DNA of 64,000 nucleotides, from contig NC_087248.1 in assembly GCF_037042905.1 (NCBI RefSeq), positions 6,386,001-6,450,000 of the forward strand, written 5' to 3'. Below the pieces are notes generated by a model. The model made no database searches, had not been told where the DNA came from, and saw only the letters and a list, made by a program, of their open reading frames with translations. The stretch is from Lytechinus pictus. Taxonomy: Eukaryota. Numbering within the stretch: position 1 is the first letter of the stretch; every line of letters begins with the position of its first letter. Shown piece by piece: positions 25,701 through 36,281 of this stretch. A program made the translations under genes and the position numbers.

Positions 25701-26464
25701 CTTTGATCTACCACCCTTTGTTTCAGCACACCTTGTTTCCTCTTAGCCCTAGCCCTAGCGTTTCGACGTTTTCTATTTTGAGCCTTTATTTTCTGTCTCA
25801 CGAGAGTATCTAATTTCGTCTCCAGATCTTTAATTTTCTTAGCATTTCTCTTCAGGCAGGTTTTTAGTACACGTGTCCTAGCAATTTCAGAAGTCAATTT
25901 TTGTTTGGAGTTGCACAATTCCCGAAATTTCTGATCTTTCTCAAGTCGAATACTGTCAAGACTATCTCTTAAACTATCCCTCTCTGCACGAATCTCCACA
26001 AGCTCCCTATCAGGTATGGGTGGGACATCCCCCTCTCCTGCATCAGCATGAAGTGCTACATCTACTATTTGCCTCTGTTCTCTGCTTGTGTGAGGTAATG
26101 TGAACAGTGTTCTCTCAATGACTTCAAGATTTTCATCCCTCGACTTTCCCCTCGCTTTTTGTGCTTTGCGAACAGCATCAACTGCTCTCTGGACCCTAAC
26201 TTTCACCGCCTTGTTATCCGTATCTACGTCACCCACATCAAACAGGGTTGCTATCAAATTGGGAAGTACATTGACACTGTATTTATGGTCTCTACACCAT
26301 TTATCTAATTCACCAACTACCCCACGAACTAACCTCAAATGATTCAGTTTAACCCACCCTTCAGCCACGCCAGATAACCCTTTCTCCAAAATCTCTGTAT
26401 CTATATTCAATTCAGTGCAAAACTTTCCTACGCGGCTTGGCTCTTCACCAGATTGACTTGTCAT
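22778..26464 (-). CDS. Divergent hAT-like DDE transposase with N-terminal coiled coil and two C-terminal Spindlin (Spin/Ssty)-like Tudor repeats
   Basis: Uninterrupted 1228-aa ORF. RNase-H-fold transposase motifs occur in hAT order: LTLGSD465AT, TMSD540R, C586GLH (CxxH), GNRFN (compare hAT TRWNS), TNVGVE856RDFG (compare hAT SxxxERxFS). The C-terminal LVGKIVEHLTSSEDGSEEGWYRAIV...YD...DLQNGDLKIV and VVGMDVMHQF...WYRGFI...IEYD...LEHYRNNYLRFV resemble spindlin repeats. Confidence 0.8.
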   Translation of the reverse strand: MTSQSGEEPSRVGKFCTELNIDTEILEKGLSGVAEGWVKLNHLRLVRGVVGELDKWCRDHKYSVNVLPNLIATLFDVGDVDTDNKAVKVRVQRAVDAVRKAQKARGKSRDENLEVIERTLFTLPHTSREQRQIVDVALHADAGEGDVPPIPDRELVEIRAERDSLRDSLDSIRLEKDQKFRELCNSKQKLTSEIARTRVLKTCLKRNAKKIKDLETKLDTLVRQKIKAQNRKRRNARARAKRKQGVLKQRVVDQSVVGQNMMGQLEASLRAELKTYKANLKVAREEIKEMKKNVGEVEAKYRERVELNKLLEQKRVTERNRILSRNRYDRKVGRKRVRDKIQKEREQERLALKKSREETRGLKKRIREQNLFTLEEESPKKRLKAGKQYNANIRSVYLDLLNNYGVSTRNCEGVVKTVLENLTSMEIPDLPKKSTAQNLLLEGRKMAQIQVAESLAHNDLTLGSDATSKFGHHYTSFDVFEGEGGSGLIVGMRETDDGTADTTMQTLKTILQDVVGQQDEEAQNQAVNTVLANIKNTMSDRHIVQKKFNELLKDYRQSILPSIIQGWKGMSEGERDQFASMNNFFCGLHYLVGLAEYAGKTLGAWEGMIFNDKEVGAAASSESGNSTESGTERLIRTVCKSVQDRACEKSGKPLQFRTFLKSKGISTVPLAPFKGNRFNILFHNAAGVAYLLPELLEFFDKHKDDNELMKGVHADLGIKQFIAGARALGLIDKVVTGPLWRTINEKGHIADMNDRYRVIHQGFSRWSDDSSQFMRGKDILFDDIDIKKDEIYHSLVQVNPELDEMTKQILELVFLTFCQVTEKMLADHLPSGSHTAMNEKKKRETASVPKTNVGVERDFGMLDRLMRLKPAASTMVYEGVIMNVRNRTREWRKGLTEMKREEYMEYSRKSVKAQREEYARRVKTLWANREAKRKSKKQIAQEREDRNKVRTEKVYASVRSKCGGIWLSETELDSQLKGVDDKHAIEMLQSQLQARRHVFGEKNVEGNLNISVKGRRKSLSELKQSLRSVLKTANDRIINVEEQEEVDYTNAVAPTEKVEEFREKTREKMAKEKARAVKGKDLEYDNLVGKIVEHLTSSEDGSEEGWYRAIVTGKSKRGLSLSYDINPQTIITHPKRDIEQDLQNGDLKIVDLNVEDVVGMDVMHQFEVGDERIWYRGFISSVTGPSECLIEYDYLEDENDEDSDIIDNTWVGPVLEHYRNNYLRFVRA

Positions 26465-27190
26465 GTTTCTACTAATTGCTACTTAATAAGAAATATAAAG
26501 TTGGGATAAATACCTGTTATTCACAGACAAACCTGTACTTTAATGTTTTGAAAACGTGTATGCAGCTCCTTGTTCGTGGTCAGCCTGATGGAAATCTGGT
26601 GTATTCCTAATTGTTCTTGCGCTCCTCAAAACCTTTTTAAGATTTGCAAAAAAAATGTAAATGCGGAATGAGTCTGATATTAATAGCTAGCTGTGATGGA
26701 CGAACTGCCTCTACATCTGATTGGTTGAAAAAAGAGTTGTCTTTTACAGTATCTTTTGAAGTACTCTGCAATGTGTTTGTGTTTGCAAGCATGTGTATGG
26801 GCAGCAGTCAGACTGCCACCTTGCATGTAATGTTATGTAGTGATTGCAGACATCTTTTTAATGTATACAGTTAAGACCCATATGTTTGATGTCTAGACTA
26901 CCCTTTTAAAACCATAATTGTCAATAGTTCCCAGCACCTCTAATCATAGAACAAAGAACTGCCTCCCCCTTCCCAAAAGCAAACCCCCTTTTGACCTGTA
27001 TAGCCAAACCTCTAGATTATAATTTGTGTTGAGCAAATGCCTCGGCCATGGTAGGGATGTACCTAAGAGCTCGGGGAGAAAATGTTCTGGACCTCACAGT
27101 CTGAACGTCCATTTCCTGACAATCTGTATTGATTTCACATCTATATTTATGATCAAAGTCATATTTGGCATTCAACATGGTGAAAATTTG

Positions 27191-29232
27191 GTTACACTTC
27201 GTAATTTCGAAGGTTCGTAATTCCGAAACACGTAAATTGCCTATACCTCGATGTTCGTTAATCCGAAAACGAAAAAAGGGTTCGTTAATCCGAACATTTG
27301 TGGCGTAATTCCGAAGGTTCGTTATTCCGAAGGTTCGATAATCCGAAAACGAAATAAGGTTCGTTGTTCCGAAGGTTTGTTAATCCGAAAACGAAATAAG
27401 GTTCGTTGTTCCGAAGGTTCGTTAATCCGAAAACGATATAAGGTTCGTTTTTCCGAAGGTTCGATAATCCAAAAACGGAATAAGGTTCGTTGTTCTGAAG
27501 GTTCGTTAATCTGAAAACGATATAAGGTTCGTTGTTCCGAAGGTTCGTTAATCCGAAAACAAAAAAGGTTCGTTGTTCCGAAGGTTCGTTTATCCGAAAA
27601 CGAAATAAGGTTCGTTGTTCCGAAGGTTCGTTCATCCGAAAACGAAATAAGATTTGTTATTCCGAAGGTTCGTTAATCCGAACACGAAATAAGGTTCTTT
27701 ATTCCGAAGGTTCGTTAATCCGAAAAATGAAAACCAGGAAAGCAGAGGAAGGGCAAGTGTGGTGGGGGGGGGGGGGAGAAACACCGTTGCTGTTCAATTG
27801 TTATGAGGATGGGAAGGCAAGGGCGGCCGAACGAATTTTCATTTGGGGGGCAAAGCCAAAAATGACACTCGTACGTCAAAATGGGCACTTTGGTGATATT
27901 TTCACCACGAGATTATAATCTGCGTAAAGTCATTGTGTGTTTTGTAGTAATTAAGTTGAGCAAAGGTTTTTTAATTGATTTCTGATTGATAAGATATACA
28001 TTTAGGTTCTATTTTTCACGAGCAAGCGTAGCAAGCAAGCAGTTTGGAAAAAATTCAAATCTGAAGTTGTAAAACTCGCTTTTTAGTCAATTATGGACCT
28101 TATTGCTGTTAATTATTAAAGGGCATCCTTGTGAGATTTTGCGAGCGAATCACGAGCTCAAACTTTTGGAAATTTCCTGTAGGCCTAATAAGACATAATG
28201 ATAATAATATTGGTATTATTTACCCAGGGAAGCCACTTCAGTTCAGAAAACTGTTCTCCCAGCGGGCCCTGCTATTATTACCCCGGCTTTAACTGGGCTG
28301 CCTAGGCGCCCAAAGGAAGGCATTTAAAGAATTTCTTCCTACCGGGTACCCAGGCCATTCACCTCACCTGGGTTGAGTGCAGCAAGGTGTGGATAAATTT
28401 CTTGCTGAAGGAAATTACGCCTTGGCTGGGATTTGAACCTACGACCCTCTATTTCATAGTCAGAAGACTAATCCATTATTGGGCCACAACGCCCCACATA
28501 AAAAAAGTAAACATTCCGAGCATTTTTTGTAATCATGAAAAAAGGATTAACATTGTTAACACTAGGCGTAACGATCAATAAAATTGTATTAACATTTATA
28601 TTCTTTATTACCATTTTTATTATGATCATCGTTTGGATTATTATGATCATCATTAGTATTATTTTTATTACCAGCAGAAGCTCTTATTAAAAATGGCATC
28701 CCCTCCAATACAAATCCTATTACTGCTTAAGCAGCAATTGCTCAGATAAAATCGAAATTAAGCCTTTGCTTGATCTGGGCGCCTATTCTTAATGCAATAC
28801 ATGCTCTGGCCACAACACACACATGTATCATCGTTCGTTATTACTATTATTGCATAATATCCTGTTATCTTGTAATGACAACAGCGTTCTTGTTAACAAA
28901 ATGAAATAATTTCAGTTTCGGAAATACGAACCTTATTCAATTTTCAGATTAACAAACCTTATGTCGTTTTCGGACTAACGAACCTTCGGATTTACGAACT
29001 TTATTTCGTTTTCGGACTAACGAACCTTCGGAATTACGAACCTCATTTTGTTTTCGGACTAACGAACCTTCGGAATTACGAACCTCATTTCGTTTTCGAA
29101 TTAACTGACCTTCGGAATTACAAACTTCATTTCATTTTCGGACTAACGAACCTTTGGAATTACGAACCTTTCGGAATACGAACCTTCGGAATAACGAACC
29201 TTCAGAATATCCAAACCTTCGGAATAACGAAT
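27191..29232. mobile_element. Foldback-type element with inverted subterminal tandem arrays (~39-bp unit)
   Basis: Left array 27198-27726 of AAGGTTCGTTAATCCGAAAACGAAATAAGGTTCGTTGTTCCG-type units; right array ~28915-29232 in the opposite orientation (TTCGGACTAACGAACCTTCGGAATTACGAACC). The centre holds unrelated insertions. Confidence 0.8.
28215..28493 (-). mobile_element. tRNA-derived SINE (SURF1-like)
   Basis: The reverse complement begins GGCGTTGTGGCCCAAT..TGGATTAG (A box) ... GGTTCAAATCCC (B box), then a core ...CACTCAACCCAGGTGAGGTGAATGG..GTACC and an (AAT)n tail. A second copy lies at 42969-43252. Confidence 0.8.
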
Positions 29233-29934
29233 CCCAAGACAATGGTGATGAGCTATCTGAACATGGTTTATTGCACTGTCTGGCAGCAGCAAAGTCGTCT
29301 GTTCAAAATTCTTCTGCAATCTTTAGCGAGAAAATGCATGGGTTTAGGAGACGTGATTGAATTATATACATGTACATATAGTAAGACAACATGTGCATCA
29401 TATTCAGTGTAAGATGTCCTTTGATATGACTTTGGATTTTTAAAGTTCAAAATAAAAAAAAATCATGAAGTGTTTAACCTCCGACCATGCCTGCAGGACA
29501 GGCACACGGTTCCTAGTGCTCAGTCTGTCATCATGTGGCACATTGTAGGTCAAGAACATATTCATTGGTGTCATTTTTTTCATAAATTCATTAATTGCTA
29601 TGCGCTCTGTAGCTTGAACCATTAAACTTTAAGGCTTTTTCATGACATTAATTTGCACATTTGAAACTCAGTAGATTATTTTTTTCTTAAATTTTGTGTT
29701 TTCATGGTGGTGGGGCATGAATGCAAAGTAGGAAAATTAAATTTTTGAATCAACAAAAACATTAAGTACTTTGTAGTAAAACCATTAGATATGGTGACGG
29801 GAATAGATGAATCAATCTAATTTTATTATCATCATTTAGCAGTAGAAGCAATACGCAAGACTAATATAGAAGTAGCAGCAGTAGTTATTTTTAGTCATGT
29901 AGATGTAGAAGATATAGAAATAGATGTAGAAGTT

Positions 29935-29968
29935 GTAGTAATAGTAGTAATAGTAGGAGTAGTAGTAG
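29935..29968. repeat. (TAG)n microsatellite
   Basis: gtagtaatagtagtaatagtaggagtagtagtag. Confidence 0.7.
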
Positions 29969-30275
29969 ATATTAAGCTTTCGCTTTTATCAAGATTATAT
30001 TCAATTAATCGCTGTTGTGATAGTTAGATACAGCATGGTTTCTAATAATCTAAACTTCTCATCCTGTATCCCACTCTTCCTCCCTAAAAAGTATGGTAAA
30101 AAACCTGCAAATGGGTTTGAGATGTTGATATACTTGATGTCATTAACTTTTCTTTAGCTTTGGCAATATCAAGTTCATTTTTAATGTAATACTGCAATAG
30201 GTTTAAGTCATTTTCTTGTTGGTTATGATACTGGTAACTAATGTAGGATGGGGGGTCGGGTGTCTGAAAACTTAA

Positions 30276-30860
30276 AGGGGAATGAAACCTTTGGAACAAA
30301 TGGGCTTGTGTGGAAAGAAAAAAATCAAATAAGATCTAAGAAAGTTTGAGAAAAATCTGAAAAATAATGAGAAAGTTATGAGCATTTGAAATTTTGAATA
30401 TTGCGATCACTAATGCTATGGAGATCCACCCTATTGGCAATGCAACAAAGATGTGTGATATCACATGTGAACAACTTTCCCTGTAAGGTACTATAAAATA
30501 CCCCTAAAATGTCCTTTTTTGCTCTTTCTTACAGTGATACAAACTCTTTATCCATAATGTATTCTTTAAAAATCAATATTACATGCCCTCTTATAGAAAT
30601 AATACATGATCTACTGATAGATGTGATAAAAGAGGCAGTTTAAGTGAAATATATAGAAAAGTAATGGTAAAGTTGTTCACAAGTGGCATCACACATCTTT
30701 GTTGCATTGCCAATGGGAGGATCTACATTATGATAATTATCTTAACTTCAAATGCTCATAACTTTATTATTTATTCAATTTTTCTCAAACTTTTGTTGAT
30801 CTGTTTTTGATTTTTTCTGTTTTAGCACAGGCTTTCTTGTTTCAAAGGTTTCATTTTCCT
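30276..30860. mobile_element. Kolobok-type MITE (585 bp), diverged relative of the 7486 family
   Basis: ttaa|AGGGGAATGAAACCTTTG...CAAAGGTTTCATTTTCCT|ttaa; shares internal motifs (cctattggcaatgc, gttatgagcatttgaa). Confidence 0.8.
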
Positions 30861-30887
30861 TTAATGGCTGTTAAAAATCTATTGTAC

Positions 30888-31100
30888 GGACACATGATAG
30901 CTCAGTCGGTAGAGCGGGGGTTTCGGATTCCGGTGTCCCGGGTTCTATTCCCAAATGGTGCGCTAGTGCCCTTTGGTAAGACATTTATCCTCTTTACCAG
31001 GTCCCTCGGAGAGGACCTTAAGCCGTTGGTCCCCTGGTTGCTTGCTCACAGGCATTCGTGCTTTCTTAGCAGTCAGGTAAAAACCTCGGTATAACAAAGT
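30888..31100 (+). mobile_element. tRNA-derived SINE (second family)
   Basis: A box TAGCTCAGTCGGTAGAGC and B-box-like GGTTCTATTCCC, followed by a non-tRNA body (GAGGACCTTAAGCCGTTGGTCCCCTGG) and an A-rich tail. No acceptor-stem closure. Confidence 0.75.
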
Positions 31101-31212
31101 ATAACAACCTGTCCGGGCATACACTAGGCCTAGTATCATGGATCCAAGAGCCTCAAACAAAAACATGGAGATTATACTCAAAGTGGAAAGGAGATTTGCA
31201 TGCATTAGTATA

Positions 31213-31667
31213 AGCCAGTTCACGGTTAGCTCATGATCAACTTTTCTCAAATGACCTTTGTGATTTTTCATTAGGATAAGCACTATCATTTTCAAATGTA
31301 GATGTTGCGTAAGCTTTACCGGTAGAGTATTCAAATTCTAAGAACAAAAGGCATTGTATAGACCACCAGTGCACCAGGGTGACTAGAAAAGTACATCGGT
31401 TATAAAATTTGGAAATCTGTTTTATTGTCTGCCCTTGGCACATTTGACTATTGTTTAGGCTACTGTCAAATACCAGTGATTATGAAGGCTCTATTTATTA
31501 CTCTTCAGCTTGGATGTGATAAAAAGAAATATTTTGAAAGGAATACATGATTCATGAATAATCATCAAATCACAAATGCCTATGTCAGTGAATTTGAAAG
31601 CCACCTTCATGGTTTATCTCAAATGACTTTTTTCTACTCGTGCGCAGTTTACAACCGTGAACAGGCT
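31213..31667. mobile_element. MITE with ~15-bp TIR, flanked by TA
   Basis: ta|AGCCAGTTCACGGTT...AACCGTGAACAGGCT|ta; a highly similar inverted copy lies at 43422-43850. Confidence 0.75.
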
Positions 31668-32734
31668 TATTGTGTAGCTGGATCGCATGCATGCCAGGCA
31701 TTTTAATTGTAATGAAACGCCTGCCGTCTTCGCTGGTCATGCTGGTTATCAGAGTGAAAATGGATACAGGGAGTTACACACGTGGGACTGAAGTAATGAG
31801 TCATCATATGCTTGTAAGTTGTAACCGCAATCGAACGTTTGGGTTTAATTAAAATGACAGTTTTTGCCTCTTGATAAAATGATTAAGGGCTTTTGCTTTT
31901 CTCGATTTCACCCAAAATTCGTACTATTTATTTGTTTTCATAGAATAGTCTGTAGCTGTAGGAAAACATCGTCTCCCTCCCGAGTTTCGTGCGGAAAATG
32001 ACATCCTCGCTGCGCTGCCTCACAGTCGGAGCTTGACCAATCAGGTAATTGCGTTTTCGGCAATCATTCGAAATCGTCATATTCGTCAGACAATCATAGT
32101 TTTCATATTATTTGATCCTACAAAACTGATCATGTCGTTTTAAAAGAAGAACTCTTGGTATTTTGATTTCGAATGATATAATATGACTCTATTAAACCTT
32201 GTTACGCTTTTCTGCGTTCATGGTCAACAGCAGGGGCAGTCTGCTTTCACAGACGTATCACGCATTCATGTCACGTGTGCCAAGCGAGGGTCTAACACGT
32301 ACCTGGGACATTTCCAACTTCGATTTCGTCACCATAATTATTTTTAGAAATGCAGTTAATCGACAAAGAACCTCACATCACTCTGCACATACATGTACAC
32401 AATCACCCTCAGATAAAAAGATTAATTTAAATATTTGATAATATGAATTACTGTAAAAATTTTACCCAACAGGCCCAATGTTTACCTCCTTCTTGCTTGC
32501 TTGCGATGTGATCACTGACCTCTTCATCATGTGCATGTGATATGCGGCGCGGCGTGGTTTAAAATTAGCATTTTTCAAAATAAAACGATGGCGCTCTTCT
32601 GTGCATCTAGTTAAAGGACAAGTCAATCCCAACCAAAAGTGGATTTGAATAAAAAGGGAAAAAATCCAACAAGCGTAATACTTAATTTTCGTGAAAATTG
32701 GACGTAAAATAAGACAAAGTTATGACATTTTTAA

Positions 32735-35700
32735 AGGGGATGTTTACCCTGACAAAAAGTTTATTGTAAATATAGCAGAAAAAAAATGAGTGAAGGTTTG
32801 AGGGAAAATCTATCAAAGATTTAAAAAGTTATTAGTATTTTCACGTTTTTTATTTGTGTCGTCATGTGTGAGCAGCTTCCAATATATCATGGATTGAAAA
32901 AAAATCAATAAAATTTCATTTTTCTCAAGAAATTGAAGATATTTTTTATTGCACCTTCAGTATATCAACTTCAGAAAATTTTGTGTCACACCTGCTCCTG
33001 AGAGAAAAAAAGAATCAGTCATCACGAGCTATTAAAATAGAAATTTATGCATTTAAATTACATAACAAATTATAAACTAATTCAAAAATATAGAAGTGAT
33101 CGCCTATAGGAGGTGGTGTATGTATATCAAGGATAATGTCACTTTCAAGCTGATGACTGATTTATACTTTTGTACCTCAACTATTGATACTGCCGGTCTT
33201 TATTGAAATCATGAAGGAACTTCAGAATTTGATTGTTGGAACTGTATACAAAGCTCCCGATACTAGTGGTGTTGAGTTTAATGACCTTTTTTTAAGCATG
33301 TCAAAGAAAAGAAACACTGTTATATTGATGGTGACTTTAACTTTGATTTACTTAGTTATGCCCTTCATTCTGATACTAGTGCTTTCATCGACACAATATT
33401 CATCGGGCTTCATCCTCTTTTCCCCACTTATCTCGAGACCAACTCGTGGTACAATCAATTATTCTACTTGTATTGATAATATCTTTACAAATGTGCTGGA
33501 TAAGGCGATCCTACCTGGTATTTTCTATTCAGACCTATCTGACCATTTCCCCATATTTCAATTAACGAACTATTTTCCACCAAGTTACCACACCCATTTG
33601 AATAATAAAACCCACGCTTAACACCAGTCTTAGCATGTAACAAGTTGTCCTCTGCGACAACCTTATCCAATGTCAACGTAGCTTACGAAACTTTTGTTAA
33701 GGGTTTGAAAGAGATTATATCGCAAGTATTCAAGGACATCACCCGGTAAAGATAGAATTAGAGCACACACAAAAAACCTGGATTACAAAAGGCATTCTTA
33801 AATCCATTAGTAAGAAGGAACGCTTATTTAAGCAGTATTTAAAACTGAAAATCCATAACATGAAGAAAAAAATACACATCCTATAAAAACAAACTTATTC
33901 ATATTATTCGTGTCTTTAAACAAAAATATTTTGCTGCAAAACTCAAATCGAAAACTTGGAAAATTCCTAACAGCCTGCTCGGTAAAGAACCTTCATTCAT
34001 CCGTAAAGATGCATGGCGCGTGAGGCTGAACAGAAATCAATTGCAAATGCTTTTAACTCTTTTTTTTTGTTAATGATGGTTGTGTTGATAATACGAGGTC
34101 CATTAGATGTTTTCGTGATTATTCAACTCACTCCTTTTTTATTTTTCATCTACAGACAGAAACGGAATTTTTAAGAATTGAAGGTATCTGGCTCTTTAAG
34201 AAATAAACATTTCTGTGGGGTTGATGATATGCCACCATTTCTTGTAAAGAAAATAATCATAATTGTTGAACCTTTAACCCACGTGTTTAATTTATCGTTT
34301 CAATCTGGACCATTTCCAAATTCAATGAATGTTTCAAAAGTTATAGCCCTATTAAAAAGGTTGACAAAAAAGATTTATCAAACTATCGTCCAATTTAATT
34401 GCTGTCCAACCTTTTTTTTTATTCTAGAAAAATATGCAATCGATTATTTACTTTCCTGAATAATTCATTTATTTTCGGAGCAATATGATTTCGAAAATTT
34501 TATTATACAGAGTGAGCTTTGCTTTTTGCTTCTGAACTTCTGTACAAATTCAACGAAAAGAAAGAGATAGCTTTGGGGGTCTACGTAGACCTTAGCAAAG
34601 CATTCGATTGTCTGGATCACCAAATCTTATAAAAAAAATAATTTTTATGGAATTAGAGGTATTCCCTTGGAATGGTTTAGAATTAATTTATCAAAAAGAA
34701 TATATTTTTATACGACAAGGTGTGCCTCAAGGTAGTATATTATTATTTTCGTTGTTCATAAACGACATTGTTGAATCTTTAAAGAAATTACATTATAATA
34801 TACTGTCGACACGAACATATTCCATTCAGGTATAACATTTAAAGACTTGATTTCTGAAGAAAATGTTGAACTGCAGAATGTTGCTAATTGGTTTTCTGCA
34901 AATAAATTGAAAATTAATGAAACGGGGGAAAAAAAAAATATATATATTGAATACATAATTTTAAAATTGGACGGTAAATATATCAACCAAGTTCAATTTG
35001 CAAATTTCTTAGGTATAACTATAATAAACTTTTGTGGGAAAAACATATTGAAATAATTTCCAAGAAGATTCGATGTAATTCGGTGTAATTTAAAAAGTTT
35101 TTTTACCATCCTCTGCCATGCTTTCTCTATATCATACACTTGTATATCCGTACTTAATGTATTGTAATCTTATATGGGCAAGAACATTTGTTAAATTTTT
35201 AAAAACCCTTTTCATACTTCAAAAACGGGATGTTCGTTGATGCTGCAACGCCTCCTTCAGGGCACATACCTCTCCTTTGTTTAAATCTTTGAAATTACTT
35301 AAATTTGCAGATATTCTTTCCCAAGGCACATCTTTATTTACGTATAAACTAAAATATATGTTACCATATACTTATAATGACAGTTTTCGTTTTCATTAAG
35401 TCACACAATAATGAAAAACACAAAATTTACAATTTTTTTTTTACAAAATAGATAAATTAGATTTTGTATCTAATTTTATTGTATTATTGTATTTCATTAT
35501 TTTGTATCTTGAGGGTTGCTTGTTTACAGGTTTTTTACTTTTTGCTAGCAATTCTGGTATTTTATGTACTACATTGTTTATGTCAATGATTGTATCTCGA
35601 TTTTATCTTATACCAAATAAAATAATCTGAAGCTACTCGTATAATGACGTCACAAATCAAAAGCTTAAAATTCTCATAACTTTTTAGTCTTCAATGGATT

Positions 35701-35775
35701 TTCCTCATAAAGATTCACCAATAGTTTCAATGCTATATTTTTACAACACACTTTTCGTCAGGGTGAACTTTCCCT
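32735..35775. mobile_element. Kolobok-type MITE (inner), split by a LINE
   Basis: ttaa|AGGGGATGTTTACCCTGAC ... GTCAGGGTGAACTTTCCCT; the arms are ~32735-33073 and ~35630-35775. Confidence 0.7.
33075..35625 (+). mobile_element. Decayed APE-endonuclease/RT non-LTR retrotransposon (CR1/L2/Daphne group), 5'-truncated
   Basis: Frameshifted motifs in the expected order: GGGVCMYIKD, IVGTVYKAPDT, GDFNFDL, PTRGT...CIDNIFTN, DLSDHFPIF (APE domain), then PLTHVFNLSFQSG, NYRPI, DLSKAFDCLDH, GVPQGS, LYHTLVYPYL (RT domain). A-rich 3' end. Confidence 0.9.
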
Positions 35776-36281
35776 TTGATTCTCGCTTAATTTCACAAAA
35801 CATTAATATTCTCATCCTGGTATGCAATGAGGGAACTGATGACGTCACCCACTCACTATTTTGTATTTTATTTTATTTTTATTTGTTGTCCTGAGGAACA
35901 CAAGCCCACATGTCCTGATGGAGGAATAAAACGTATTTTTACCACTGTTTTACCATTTCATGGTTCGTAAATCTGTTTTTAAAAAATATTCAAAAATTAA
36001 TAAAAGAGGGATATCATCGACTCATTTGCATCACACTGAGTTGTACGAATAATACATGAAATTTCCTTCACTCGAGAAAAGAGATCTGAATTTTGTGTTC
36101 AAAATAAGTCTCCTCTTATTAAAAAAATGATTTTCTGTCTTTTTTATGTGAAAACCTGGCGTCATGCTCGTTTGATTTTTTTCTATTTATTCGAATCAAC
36201 ATTTTTCTAGGGTGGAATTATGGCCTTTAAGTTTGGAGTTCTAAGATTGAACGCAGTTGTTTTCATTCTCATCTTTTTTCC

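Larger units (their letters stand above)
32615..36226. mobile_element. Kolobok-type MITE (outer) carrying nested insertions
   Basis: ttaa|AGGACAAGTCAATCCC left end; right end GGGTGGAATTATGGCCT|ttaa; interrupted at a TTAA (32731) by a second MITE. Confidence 0.7.

Noticed and set aside
23118-26342. Plus-strand ORFs opposite the transposase
   Set aside because: Antisense shadows; S/L/F-rich as expected from the purine-rich coding strand.
27251-27918. Repetitive ORFs (KVRCSEGSLIRKRN)n and a CRISPR-like appearance
   Set aside because: Translation artefacts of the 39-bp tandem array; there are no unique spacers and no cas genes.
30888-30965. tRNA-like sequence
   Set aside because: It has A/B boxes but no acceptor-stem pairing or Pol III terminator, and continues into a SINE body.
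31198-31672. Possible segmental duplication or duplicated exon shared with 43417-43866
   Set aside because: Similarity ends essentially at TIRs flanked by TA, so it is explained as a MITE.
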